Positions 39,626-51,900 of a DNA stretch of 64,000 bases are shown here, piece by piece. The notes beneath the pieces are model-generated. The model ran no database searches. It worked only from the letters and a program-made list of their open reading frames with translations, and had not been told where the DNA came from. The translations under genes were made by a program, and so were the position numbers. The DNA comes from Amoebidium appalachense. Taxonomy: Eukaryota > Protista > Ichthyosporea. The stretch lies in the NCBI GenBank assembly GCA_963693365.1, contig CAVNZM010000016.1, positions 832,595 through 896,594 of the forward strand. The letters are read 5' to 3'. Every line of letters begins with the position of its first letter. Position 1 is the stretch's first letter.

Positions 39626-40200
39626 ATGTTTGGGGGGGGGGGAGGGGGGGGGGGGGGGGAGGCTAGGGTGTGCGTGTGTGTGCAGATGAACCAAGGATGA
39701 CAAATAAGCGAAGAATCTTTTCTGTGGTGGTGGAGTTGTTGGGCGCCTGCAGGGGGAGGGGGGGGGGGGGATGTTGCCTCGAGTCTTTCAAAGCCATCCT
39801 TCTTGAACAGAGGCTTGCCATCCGGTCCGGGCGGCACATCCTTGTAGGTGTTTTTGAACTCCACCAGCCGCGAGACCAGCGTGTATGGGTCGGGAATAAC
39901 CCGCCGGATGCGCTCCATGAAGTAGCTCAGGTCGCCGCCCTTGAGCTCGGTTTCAATGTCGATGCCCTTCTGCTCCAGCACCCCCTGTGAGGCAGGATGC
40001 CAATATTAATTTACTACGCACACTGCAATTTGGGTTTGGTAGACTTTGATACCTGCCGTTATTGTAGGACCCCTCCCCTCCACCCCCCCCATCTTCTCCC
40101 CCAACACAAGTAAAAAATGCATGTGGCTATTTCCCCCCACAACCCTACATTATTTCTCTCTAGGCATATGAATAACCCCCACTCTCCCCTCCCCCCCCCC

Positions 40201-40249
<49 letters not shown>

Positions 40250-41295
40250 TTGCCCCCCCCTCTCTCTGAGGCTCAGGCTCTCTCTCTTCCCTCAGAAGTT
40301 TTGTCGAAGGTGTGCATGGTTGTGGGTGGAATGGTGAGTGTGTGCTAACGAGTGTATGTGTGTGTGCGCGTCAGTCACGCATGTTGTTGTTGCCGTTTTT
40401 TTTATTTTTATTTTTTATTTTTTATTTTGGGGGGGGGGGGGGGGGGGGGGCACCTTCACATGTCCGTAATCCTCTTCATTCCACACAAATATTGCCTCGC
40501 TGAGTGCGCGTGCGTACTCAGCCCTGCGGGGGTGTGACTTGTACGTGCCGTCCGCCGTGTTTGCAATGGAGTGGAAGGCGTCATTCAGCACAGTCTGCCA
40601 CACCACCTCCCCAGGCGGTGCCTGGCCCAACATGCCCTCTCTGGGAGCTGCCTCGGGTCCCCCTGGGGCTGCCTCAAGGCCCCCCGGGGCTGCCTGGGGG
40701 TCCTGGGGGGGTGCCTGTGGGCCGGCAAGGGGTTGCTGCTGCTCGGCAGGGGGAGGACTGGCAGGGGGAGGGGCTGGGTCAGGGACCACCGGCACCTCGG
40801 CACCTGGGTCCGGTGGGGGCTGAATGGGCCGTAGCCACTGCAGGTGCACCATCAGCTCAAAGGGCGGCGGGCCCAGCTCTCCCAGGGTCTTGCCCTTGTC
40901 GGGGCCAAAGGGCACCTGCATGGCCGGCGACAGCACCTGATCCACCCGCACCACTGCATGCTTCTTGCCCACCTTCATGCCCCCCCAGCGCTCCGGCTGC
41001 ACAGCCAGCACCACCCCGGTGGCTGCTGCAGCATGTGGGCCCCGCCGGGGCACAATCTCAACCCCTTCACCGAGTGCCTTTGCATGAAGCCGCGCTGCAT
41101 GTCATAGAGGGAAGCAAAAAACTCAGCCAAAAAGCCACAGCACCAACGTTTTTCTCTTCGCTCCACAAAAATCAAATGCATATTCCTTAGCAACCCCCTC
41201 TCCCCCCCCCCCCCCCCCCCCTTCTCCCTCCCCCCCCCCCCCCCTCTCCCAGTGCCCAGCTTGTGTGGCACTTGCACGTGTTAACAGTGCTATAG

Positions 41296-41327
<32 letters not shown>

Positions 41328-41418
41328 ACCACCACCACCACCACCAATCACCCCCTCCTTTGATAGCCACCCGACACCCAGCATAACACAACTGGAACAC
41401 TGGCCCATGTGGTCAGCC

Positions 41419-41461
<43 letters not shown>

Positions 41462-42953
41462 TCCCCCCTCCCCCTCTCCTCTGGGGGGCCCACAATCTTT
41501 CTATATCTGGCATAAGCACATAAGCACTGGGGCAAAAAGCAGGTGGGATACACACCTGACAGGTTTGGCCTATCGACCACGGCCGAGTAGACCTGCAGGG
41601 ACGCATATGCATCAAGGGCAGCGTAGGTGGCCTGCACCTCTGATAGCGGCTCGTGCCAGTTGGAGCATCGAACAAGTGCCGGCTTGGGCAGCTTCTTGCC
41701 TATGACCTGGGCAGTGATGTCGGCCAAGCCCCGGGCCGCAGAGGTGATAGCTGCACGGGCATAGCAGAACCGGCCCAGCTCCAGATAGCTGGCCACAGGG
41801 GTGCCGTAGTCCTTGTTGAGGTGGGCCGAGTCCGTGCCGATCTGCTTGCCCACCTTGATGATGCTGGGGTCCCTAAGCAGCGCAATCAGCTCGTCCACCA
41901 GCCGCGCGGGCGGGCTGTGGTTGGGGCCCATGCGTGCCAAGTGGAAGATGTACACGGCCCGTGCGGTGGCAATCTGCAGCGTGCAAACCTTGGACCGCGC
42001 CTGGCCCACCCGATAGACCCACTCGCAGTCCAGCCCCACCACGCGGTGCTGCTGCCCCTCCAGGTCGGCACGAATGGCCGCTGTAGCCACCACCGCCCCC
42101 TGGCAGTCGGTGTACACCGGCTTAGGGTAGTTGGCCGGCAGCTCCAGCCCAGGCAGACCGTCCGTCACGCTTACCAGCGCAGCCTCGTTCAGACGGACGG
42201 GGCATTTTGGCCGGGCTAGGGTTGGAAACATGCGCTCAACAAACGCCCGGTCTTGGCAGCACCGATCTGTGTAGAAGAAGGCCGGGCCCTTGCTGTTGAG
42301 CGCCGCCGTGGTGGCAGAGATGCGCTGGATCACGGGCTCAATCTCCTGGTGGCTGCAGTCCCGTGTAAATACCTGCGCCCGGATCTCTGGGGTGCCGCAC
42401 TGTGTGAGAGGGCATCTCCGAGCAGCCATGCATGTTCTAGCTTCCCTTACCACATGGCCCTTCACGAGACTTCAGTGCCCACACAATCCTTTCCCCCTCC
42501 CTCCCCCCAAACCCATGTGCCCACATACTTTCCCCTCCCTCTCCCCCAAAACCCTTCCCCCTCCTTCCCCCCAAACCCATGTGCCCACATACTTTCCCCA
42601 GGCCTCCCTTTCCCCCAAAATCTTCCCCCCCCCCTCCCCCCTAAACCCATGTACCTACAATCCTTCCCCCTTCCTCCCCCTAAACCCTTGTGATCACAAT
42701 CCTTTCCCCCTCTCTGCCTTCCCCCCAAACCCATGTGCCCACGATCCTTCCCCACTCCCCCTCCCCCCAAACCATGGGACAGCCCTCCATATGGCACCTA
42801 CTGTCCCCCCCCCCCCCCCCCCCCCACCCCACCCCGGGCCTCTTGCCCTCTCTACCTTCAACCCCGACGGTGGTGTCTCTCCCCCCCCCCCCCCCCCCCC
42901 CCTGCATCCCTTGCAATCACTGGCCCCTACTCCCATTCTGCTTGGCAGAAGCT

Positions 42954-43019
<66 letters not shown>

Positions 43020-43250
43020 ATTCCCCGCCAAAAGAAAGCTCCACCCCAGCCCACCCCAATCTCTACCCAGCAAAAACACATACACACATATCTGGAGCTT
43101 CCTAGTTTTTGCTCGACAGGGCAAGAATTGTCCCCAAAACCCACATACTACAAACCTCTACTCACAGTGTGCCACCTCATTAAATGTGGAGCCTAAGAGA
43201 TTTAAAGGCCCTAGAGGGGGGAGGGGGGGGGGAGGGGGGAGGGGGGGCGT

Positions 43251-43281
<31 letters not shown>

Positions 43282-43942
43282 GTGGGCGTGTGTGGGGGGG
43301 GGGGGGGAGGGGGGAAGGGGGCCTGGGGGAGAGTGGGGGGAGGGGGGGAGAAGAGGAGGGACCACACACCGCCAAGCTCGTTTACACAAGTCCATAGGCC
43401 TCGGTACAGAGGCTCCCCATTGATGCCGGTGAGCTTCCCAATTTGGAAGGTGTGGTCGGCCTTGAGCACGTTGTTTACGGGCTTGAGCTGCGTGTCCAGG
43501 CTCTGGTACTTTGCCGTGCGGTCGCTGAACTCAGTATACACGGCACTCAGGTATTTGCCTGAACCCCAAGTACTGTTAGAACTCCACCACCCTCCCATCA
43601 GGACCATCCCCCCCATTCCCTCTAGTCCCTCGTGTTCATCTCACCTCTCTGTATTTTCGTAAGTCTGTATGGCTTTTCCCATCTCAAAAACGCTACACAC
43701 CCATCTCCGGCCGTTTGCCCCCCCCCCCCCCCCCCCTCCCCCCCCCTCCCCCCCCCCCCCCCTCCCCCCGCCTCCCGGCGCGCGCAAACCCTCCAAGTCA
43801 TTGCACCAACTTTCACCTTCTTTCCCCTTTGTGCCCCATCTGCAGTTTGTCCCCTGCACGTCCGTTTGCCCTTCCCCCCACACCCTCCTGCCACTACTAT
43901 AATAACCATTAAGTACCGCCACCAAGATCCAGTCTACCACCA

Positions 43943-43985
<43 letters not shown>

Positions 43986-44134
43986 CTCTCCACCTCCTTT
44001 CCCCCAACACACACAGACACACATGCGCACACCCACCATCTAATTTCAGGCATAACAGTTCTCCACGATTTCCCAAGCACACTCACTGGTACATGGACCG
44101 TTATGCTTTCACCCCTCTGATGATCCCTCTGCCC

Positions 44135-44175
<41 letters not shown>

Positions 44176-44248
44176 ACCACCACCACCACCACCACCATGA
44201 CTGATTGCCACCACCACCACCTAATCCATCATGTCCCCCCTCCCCCTC

Positions 44249-44279
<31 letters not shown>

Positions 44280-45995
44280 ACACACGGACCCACAAGTACA
44301 CGCACACTCACAGGCGCACATCCACCACCACACATCCACCACCACCATAATAGAAACTTATTGACCACACTTCCAAAACCCATTTCCAAGTCCCCCCCCC
44401 CCCCCTAAAAAAAAAATAAAAAATAATAAAACAAAACCCTACCAAGCCAACCCAAAAAATGCCCAAGCACGTGCATACAAAACAATGGGGACCATTTACA
44501 CACCCAAAATGCAGTGCACACTTGCCTGAAGGCACATGTCCAGCGTAACCATTTTTGTCACCAAACGCCGAGAACTTAGCCGCCTGCTCCTCTGGGGGAA
44601 GTTCTGTCAGGCGCTGGTCGTGGGGGCGGAAATCGTTACGCTTTTTGAGTTCATACTTGGTCCAATGCAGCGCCCTCGAGTAATACAGGAGCCGCTGCTC
44701 GTCGTATCGCTGCTTGTGGAGCTCCGAGAGGAGGGTGGCAAAGGCGTTTGGGCCCACACCTTTGTCTGCCAGTGCACGCAACAATGTTACCACCTTTAGG
44801 TCGAGCCCACTGCGGTGGCTAAGGTAGGCCGGAAACTGATCACGCATGAAGAGTGGAAGGCGTTTAATTGTCTGGGGGTTTGTGCCGGCAAAGTTTTTTT
44901 TGCATGTGTCACAAAAGTACCGGGCCGTGATAATGTAGTAGCAGCTGTCAAAGTCGATAACACGCCGTCCTACGGGGTTGCTCATGAACCCATTGCGAGA
45001 AGTACGGTGTGGGTTGGGGTGGTTGTGGGGGTCCACGTAGTGATCATCGAAGGGGCACGGCACCATGAAACCGGGAGACAACCTTTCCGGAAGCCAGGCA
45101 AAACATCTGGGTTTGTAGAAAGGCGCTGGATCGCCCCCAAATTTAAAGCCTATAATGGGAGGTGGAAGATGCCACCCCACAGGCGTCTTCTCATCTTTGA
45201 GACTCTCTTTCACTGTGTGCAGGTGCGACTTGATTGTTTCGCCCGCCGCGTCAGAAAACTCCTCTCCACCGTCATCCCCGTCCGTATTATCTTCTCCCTC
45301 TTCCTCCCCTTCATCCTCGTCTACCCGGTACGCATCTGCTGCTGCATTTAGCAAAGGTTCCTCGTCGGGTTGCACCTGTATGTCTGGTGGGTGTGGAGCA
45401 GGGGCCCGATCCATTTCTCTTGGTAACGAATGGACGCTACCTGCCTCAACTACACGGGCCCTTATGTCGGCGGCCTTAGATAGAGGGGGCTGTTCGGGTT
45501 GTACGTTTACGTTTAGTTCCTGCAAAACAGCTTTGTTTGCCGTCCCAAAACCTGCAAAGTTCGCTAAAGGCTGAACAAATGCAGCATCTTTTTTTTTGCG
45601 CCCAGCTCCCTCCCTAGCTCCGCCTGTTTTATGCCCAGGGCGCTGTGTTGTGCCCTTAGGGCAGCCTGGCTTCATTTTAAACACTTGGGGCCTGGCCCCC
45701 TGCCCCCCTAGTGCGACTACGTTACCGCAAACATTCCCGTATTCCAGTGTGCTCGGCAATGCTGCTCATGGCCTTCCCGGACTGGTTGTGACCAGTAAAG
45801 AGCGCGCCAATTCCTGACCGCCGCCTACAGCAGTGTATGATCTGTTATCCATATTCGGCAAAAGGGGTCTTGCCCAACCAATGGCTTGAATCCTTGTAAC
45901 TTTGCTTTATCCATATAAGGTTAGCTGAACACCCCCCCCTCCAATCATACCCCCCCCTTCTCTCTAGTAGTAGCTCCTGGCATGCCGCACCCCCC
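34981..45995 (-). mobile_element. ~11-kb DNA transposon, copy B (head-to-tail duplicate of copy A)
   Basis: Near-identical to 23985-34972; the differences I see are confined to homopolymer and microsatellite tracts. Followed by GGAGCCTG at 45996-46003 and separated from copy A by the 8-bp spacer TCGGAGCC. Confidence 0.75.
37745..45675 (-). CDS. Putative transposase-exonuclease fusion, copy B. Exons: 45675-44526, 43558-43370, 42386-41556, 41094-40454, 39984-39778, 39346-~38900, ~38860-37745; two extra homopolymer frameshifts relative to copy A
   Basis: Translations match copy A except for a G run of 8 vs 7 (39301-39308) and a C run of 10 vs 9 (38784-38793), which shift the frame. Confidence 0.75.
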
Positions 45996-47114
45996 GGAGC
46001 CTGATTATAGCCTGTATATGATAAGAGGGGCAGTGGGGGATGCTGGAATGGGGAGGGGAAGAGGGAGGGGAGGGAGAAGGGGGGGGGGGTAGGGGAGGGG
46101 GGGAGGGGGGGGGGGAGGGGGGAGGGGGGAGGCCAGGGGGAGCGGAGCGAGGGGGATTCCGAAATTTTAGGGAAGGAATTCGAAGATCTTATTAAGAGGG
46201 GCGGGGACCCGGGGGGGGCCGGCGGAGGGGAGCCGGCCGGGGCACCCATTTTTCAATTGCAAGCGCTGTGCATTTACAACGAATATAGCTTACCGCGACG
46301 GTACCACTACTGTGACGCACAGCAAGAACACCCGGAGACCTAGACACACACTGTGGCACACAAACACACTCACAATGTTTGCACGGTGTGTACTCACACA
46401 TGTGGCGGCTGCTTCGCACACCCCGTCGCGCACACACAAGTTTAAAAGCAGACATGCACCCACCGTGTGCCCGCACTGCACACCGATCTCTGACATGCCG
46501 TCACCATCGCCAGAGGATAGCGTACGCGTGCAGCTTCAATTGCAAGAAGTTCAGCACACCAGTGGACTTCACGTCGGACACAGAGGCAGGCACATGCCGA
46601 AACACTGCTGCAGCAGACGCACGTGTCATAGCAACACACACGGTCACGGACCGCGCCGTGGCACACACACATATTCACTTCAGAGACGGTGCCGAACAAG
46701 GCGCCGGCCTGATCATGACTTCAGTCAGTACTACTGATGTAGTAGCCTCTACTGTTGCCAAACTTTTAAGTACTTTCGAAGCAGTTTTCGGAAGTTTGCC
46801 AAATGAAACGCCCGGTTACGGGAAGGCTTGTACTCCGGGGCCCGGGAGTGGGGCCAGGGGATTGGACTGGTGAGCCGAGGCCCCGAGCCGCAGCCTGCTA
46901 CTGAAGGAGGGGCTGAGAGTCCGACGTGGCACCCGTTGGGGGCCCTAAAGTATACATACGTAACGGCCCGGAGTCAGCCGGGGGGATCCGGAGGGGAGGG
47001 GGGGGGGGGGGGTTTGGTGAAACCGTTTTCAGTTCACGGTTCTCCCCCCCCTACCTCTCTCCTTCTCTTCTCTTCCCCCTCCCCCCCGAGTCCGAGCCAT
47101 ATTTAGCTACCTTT

Positions 47115-47188
<74 letters not shown>

Positions 47189-47295
47189 TAAGCTGCTGAT
47201 CACTGGGGGAGAACGAGTACTATTATGATGATTTTCTTCGTGACGGTCCCCCCTACTATCCCCCGCACCCCGCCCCCCCTCCCCCCTACCCCCCC

Positions 47296-47344
<49 letters not shown>

Positions 47345-47457
47345 GGCCCCCGCCAAGGACATGAATGCTGAGAGGCTTGAGTCACGAATACTGAACACAT
47401 CACGGTGACCGTGCACGTGGAGTTCCATATTTCACATTCACGGGTGACCCCCCTGCC

Positions 47458-47494
<37 letters not shown>

Positions 47495-47529
47495 CCCCCC
47501 CAGTCCCCCCCGCAGATATAGCTAGCTAG

Positions 47530-49509
47530 CACAGCAAAAAAAGTGCGAATCCGGCTCCCGATGATCCCCGATCACGAATTAAGCCAGCTATTCTGATTGG
47601 TAGACTGTAATGAGGTCTAAATTTATTCCCGATTTCGTCCGGAATTCTTCCCGACTACGCAAATTTGACCCGGCCCGAATCAATGTGATGCCATGTGCGG
47701 CCTAACGGTCACACCAAACAAGAAAAAGACTTGCAAGTATCGATCAAGTCGCACCACTCGCGCGCATTTAGTAACAAAGATTCATAGACAGCAGTTGGTC
47801 GTCAAAGACAACCGTTGGCAAGTTTTAGTGGGAAGAAAGAAAATCGACTCTAAACTCGCTTGCACGCATTCGCTTTTGTCTTGACAATGTGTTTGGTGAG
47901 ATTGCTGCGGCTCCATCTACAACTTGCATACACAGCAGTGGGCCGTGGCCCAAGACTGCGTAAAAAAGTAGTTGGTGTTTTTAAGCATATTGTTTTTGAG
48001 CAGGCAGGAGTTTGAGTCTGGAAAAACGGAGCTATGCGCCACAGGCAAGGTGAGTTTTTTTTAATAACCTCATCTTCACGAACCCTCTGACTTACATACT
48101 AGACTTTTTGTCTCGTGAGGTCACACGGCAAGAAGGATACAACCTAAAACTTGTAAGCGCTTCTGTGCTTGCCTTTGTCGAAATTGGGCGTCCACGTCCA
48201 GCCGTGCATAGGCATCTGTATATCCTCGAGCCTTTTTTGCTCTGTTATTAGTTTATACTTCTTGCAATCTATGCTTCATCAGTATTACAGAGAAGGCCAC
48301 GTTGTGTTGCCTCCTTTTGGGCCTAAGTATACTAGTATAACACCGTACCCCTAGGTTCTAAAAGTCTCTTCCCCATCGCAGGTCCTTGAACCTGCTACTG
48401 TGACTTTGCCAAGTTCGGGTTTTGTGAGCGGCTCTAACAGGCTCTAACAGGTAAGCCAAGGCATCAGGTGAAGTATAGGGGCAAGATGGATGTTGTGTAG
48501 TTGACTGTATCGTTCCACACCTACTGGTACTCAATAAAGAGTCGAAACACAGCCCATTATCTGCGTTAGAATAAGGTTAACACGCGTGCACATAGGTGTG
48601 CAGGTGAACGGTTTGCTAACCTAGCTATATACTTCCATGGCTCCCCACGGCTACTTGGTGTAAACATGGTTGTGTATATTGTCGGACAGACTACGGGAGT
48701 CGCGCCCTGTAGTTAGTCGCGCTTACTGACCAATCAAAATGGTTGGTCGGGAAGCAGCGGCGTTGTCCCACAATCGCACGGCGAACTGTCCCCTATAAAA
48801 GGCGGCAGTATCAGCCAGATCCAATCAGTTGGGAACATGCCTGGACTCGAATCGATGAGTGCCGAGGATAAGATCCCATCTCAAGATTGATCAGATCCCA
48901 TACTGTAAAAGCAATCTGCGCTGCCGCTATGATACACAACCAAATTTACATTAGCTATAGCCTCTTCATGCTTGCAACCTGGTGTTGCTCATACTAGGGT
49001 TCTGTGTGCCAAACCCTTCTGTCTGCTTTTGTATATATTGTGAGTGCTTTCTACCCAGCTGAATAGCCGTTGTTGGGCTGTTCCAGGCTCGGCATCACAC
49101 CTTGCATCACACTGTGTGTGATGACGAAGAACATGACTTGACACCACACTGTGTGCGGTACGAGTAACAAAGTAAAGGCGCGAGCTAGTCACGGTGTACT
49201 TCAGCATTCTTGCGGTTGACAAATGTCTTCTTTTGTATTTAACTTTGGGTTAAGTTCCAGTATCGAAAGGGCAGGAAGTATTGTAGGCAAGGGCAGGTCG
49301 GGAAGGAATCGGGGTGTCCCGGTCACGGGCGTGATCGGGATTTTTTTGCGAATCAGGGTGTGATCGGTATCAAAAAATCGGGGTGTAATCAGGCTAATTT
49401 CATCCCGATCACGTCGCTAATCACGAATCGGGTTTCCCGATTTTGCCCCGATTCTCATACGGTGATCAGGGTTTAATCGGGACACAGATTCGCATCTTTT
49501 TTCGCTGTG
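47530..49509. mobile_element. ~1.98-kb non-autonomous CACTA/CMC-like DNA transposon
   Basis: Imperfect TIRs CACAGCAAAAAAAGTGCGAATC and GATTCGCATCTTTTTTCGCTGTG. 3-bp TSD TAG at 47527-47529 and 49510-49512. Clustered subterminal CCCGAT/ATCGGG repeats at both ends. No convincing ORF. Confidence 0.8.
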
Positions 49510-49718
49510 TAGAGTCGATCGATATCACTGGCCCATGAGCTCCAGTTTATAAATTTAGTTGTATTACCAGTAAAACTTTAAATTCGAAGTCTCTGTCGTC
49601 ACTCACACTGAATGCAAACATGTACAGCAGTAGGCTGCCGGAGCAGCAGTCTGCTCGTGACGACTCGACACCTTGTCAGTGTTTCACTGATTCCGGCCGC
49701 ACTACTGGACACCGCACT

Positions 49719-49780
49719 GGGTGTCGCCGGGATCCGGACGTCGACGCGCACCGGGTGTCGCCGGGATCCGGACGTCGACG
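49719..49780. repeat. 28-bp direct repeat, 2 copies (period 34)
   Basis: gggtgtcgccgggatccggacgtcgacg at 49719 and 49753. Confidence 0.85.
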
Positions 49781-49906
49781 TCACGATCATACTTGCTTTC
49801 CCAAACGGGGCACGGACAGTCGAGATCGGATATGGGCTGGGCCACTGGCGCCTGGCCGGAGCATGCGCATGCACCAGACATGACGTCACACTTGAGAGTG
49901 ATGCAC

Positions 49907-50835
49907 CACGGCCCTCTGAAAAAAAGACGGCCTGGATACACTACGTCATAAAATCGCATTCCATTGTGCTCGTGGTATCTGGATCCACTGGATTCCGGCC
50001 CTAAAACGAGATGTCGGCACAGAACATGTATGTTGTTGTTTTTCGTTTACGTCTCGCTTTTTTTGGTTCAAAGACGGAGACATCGGTAACATGGCTGACG
50101 GCGGGACTGGCCTTATGAAGGGAGCTGCTCCTCCCGAGCCTGGAATGGATAAGAAGAGAAGTAACGGTCTGCGTAGCAACAAAATCGGTAACATATGCAG
50201 TGTTCCAGGCTGCAGAGGCAACTACGACGACCAAAACAAGGTTTTCGTTTACAAATTCCCCAACCCAAACGACGGGCGCATTAAAAGCAAGACGCTACGC
50301 GAAGAAACACGGAACCTTCTCAGTGCGTGGCTACGTGCTGTGCCGAGGCAGTGGCCTGAGAACTTCGACCCGCACGGTGTTGCGCGGGTCTGCTGCCGTC
50401 ACTTTCCCGCCCATGACATCGTTAAAAAAGGTGGCAAAGCGTGGCCTAGGCCAGGCGCCGTCCCGAGCATTTTTCCCAACTGCCCCAGTTACCTGAGCGC
50501 CCCTTCCGCGCCTCCTCGTACGGACCCGGAAGAGAGAGCCGCAAAGATGGAGAAGGTTCGGACAAGGCAAGAGGAAGAGGCAGTAGCGAGGAAGCGCCAG
50601 AAGGAGATGTTCGTGTTCGGCCAGCTTGTTGTCCGTGCCCTGGAAATAGCGGAGCGGCACGCCGGCTGGAGGGTTTACGGAGGAAACACAGTGGTCGCTG
50701 GCGTTTACGAGCAAGACAATGGTACCCCCCCCCCCCCCCCCCCTCAAAATCCCCTCCAATGTCCTAATGCCCTCGCCCCCTCACCCCCTCACCCCCCCAA
50801 CACACAAGGTCACATGAGGAGTCGACCGGCATGAA

Positions 50836-50871
<36 letters not shown>

Positions 50872-50951
50872 TTGTGTGTGTCTGTGTGTGACACTGTGTG
50901 TGTGTGTGTGTGTGTGTGACACGTGTGTGTGTGCGCGCGCATCAGTGTGTT

Positions 50952-50999
<48 letters not shown>

Positions 51000-51284
51000 T
51001 GTGTCGGGATGGGTGGGTGGGGAGGGGGGGGGGGGGGGTTTCCATATGGTTTTTCACATGCCAAGCGTAGTCAAATGTGGTGCCACACAGATTTTGCTGA
51101 CTTTTAATTTGCAGGCCAGTCTCAACCGCTATCTCCTGGACAGCGGCGTGAGCGGCGAGAAGCTCAACTTTGTGCTCACCAGAAAGTTTCAAACCGACTC
51201 CCTTGAGGGTGCTTTTGGCACAATCCGACAGTACAGCGGTGGGAACTACAACGTTGGGACAGCACAGGTGGGTACCTCCCCTCC

Positions 51285-51348
<64 letters not shown>

Positions 51349-51843
51349 ACACGCACACCCCTACCCTACTCAGCCACCCACCCACTGCCTGCAACAATGA
51401 AACACAAGAGATACATCACACACACACGATTCATACAGCATTACAAAGAACAGAGACAGAACAGATATAGGATGATTTGGTGATTCACCTTAATAATAGG
51501 ATAGTGGTGTCATGACATGGTGGCCCCGGGGAATAAAATAATCAGGAGAAAAAAAAAAGGGGGGGGGGGGATAGCGAGAGAGGCAGGGACGGAAGAAGGG
51601 GTTGGAGGAGGAGGGGAGGGGGAGGGGGGGTATCAGGATAAAAGGAGTGTGGTGAAAAGAAAGGGTGCAAAGAAAACTGAACGAAAAATGAAATTAGGGG
51701 GTGGGGTGGGGGGGGGGGGGGGGGGGGGGGGCTGTTGAACTCAAACCACAAAAATGCACACACGTACACGCACACACACACACACAGACACACAGACACA
51801 CATACACCAAACACCACACACACACACACACACACACACCGTA

Positions 51844-51900
<57 letters not shown>

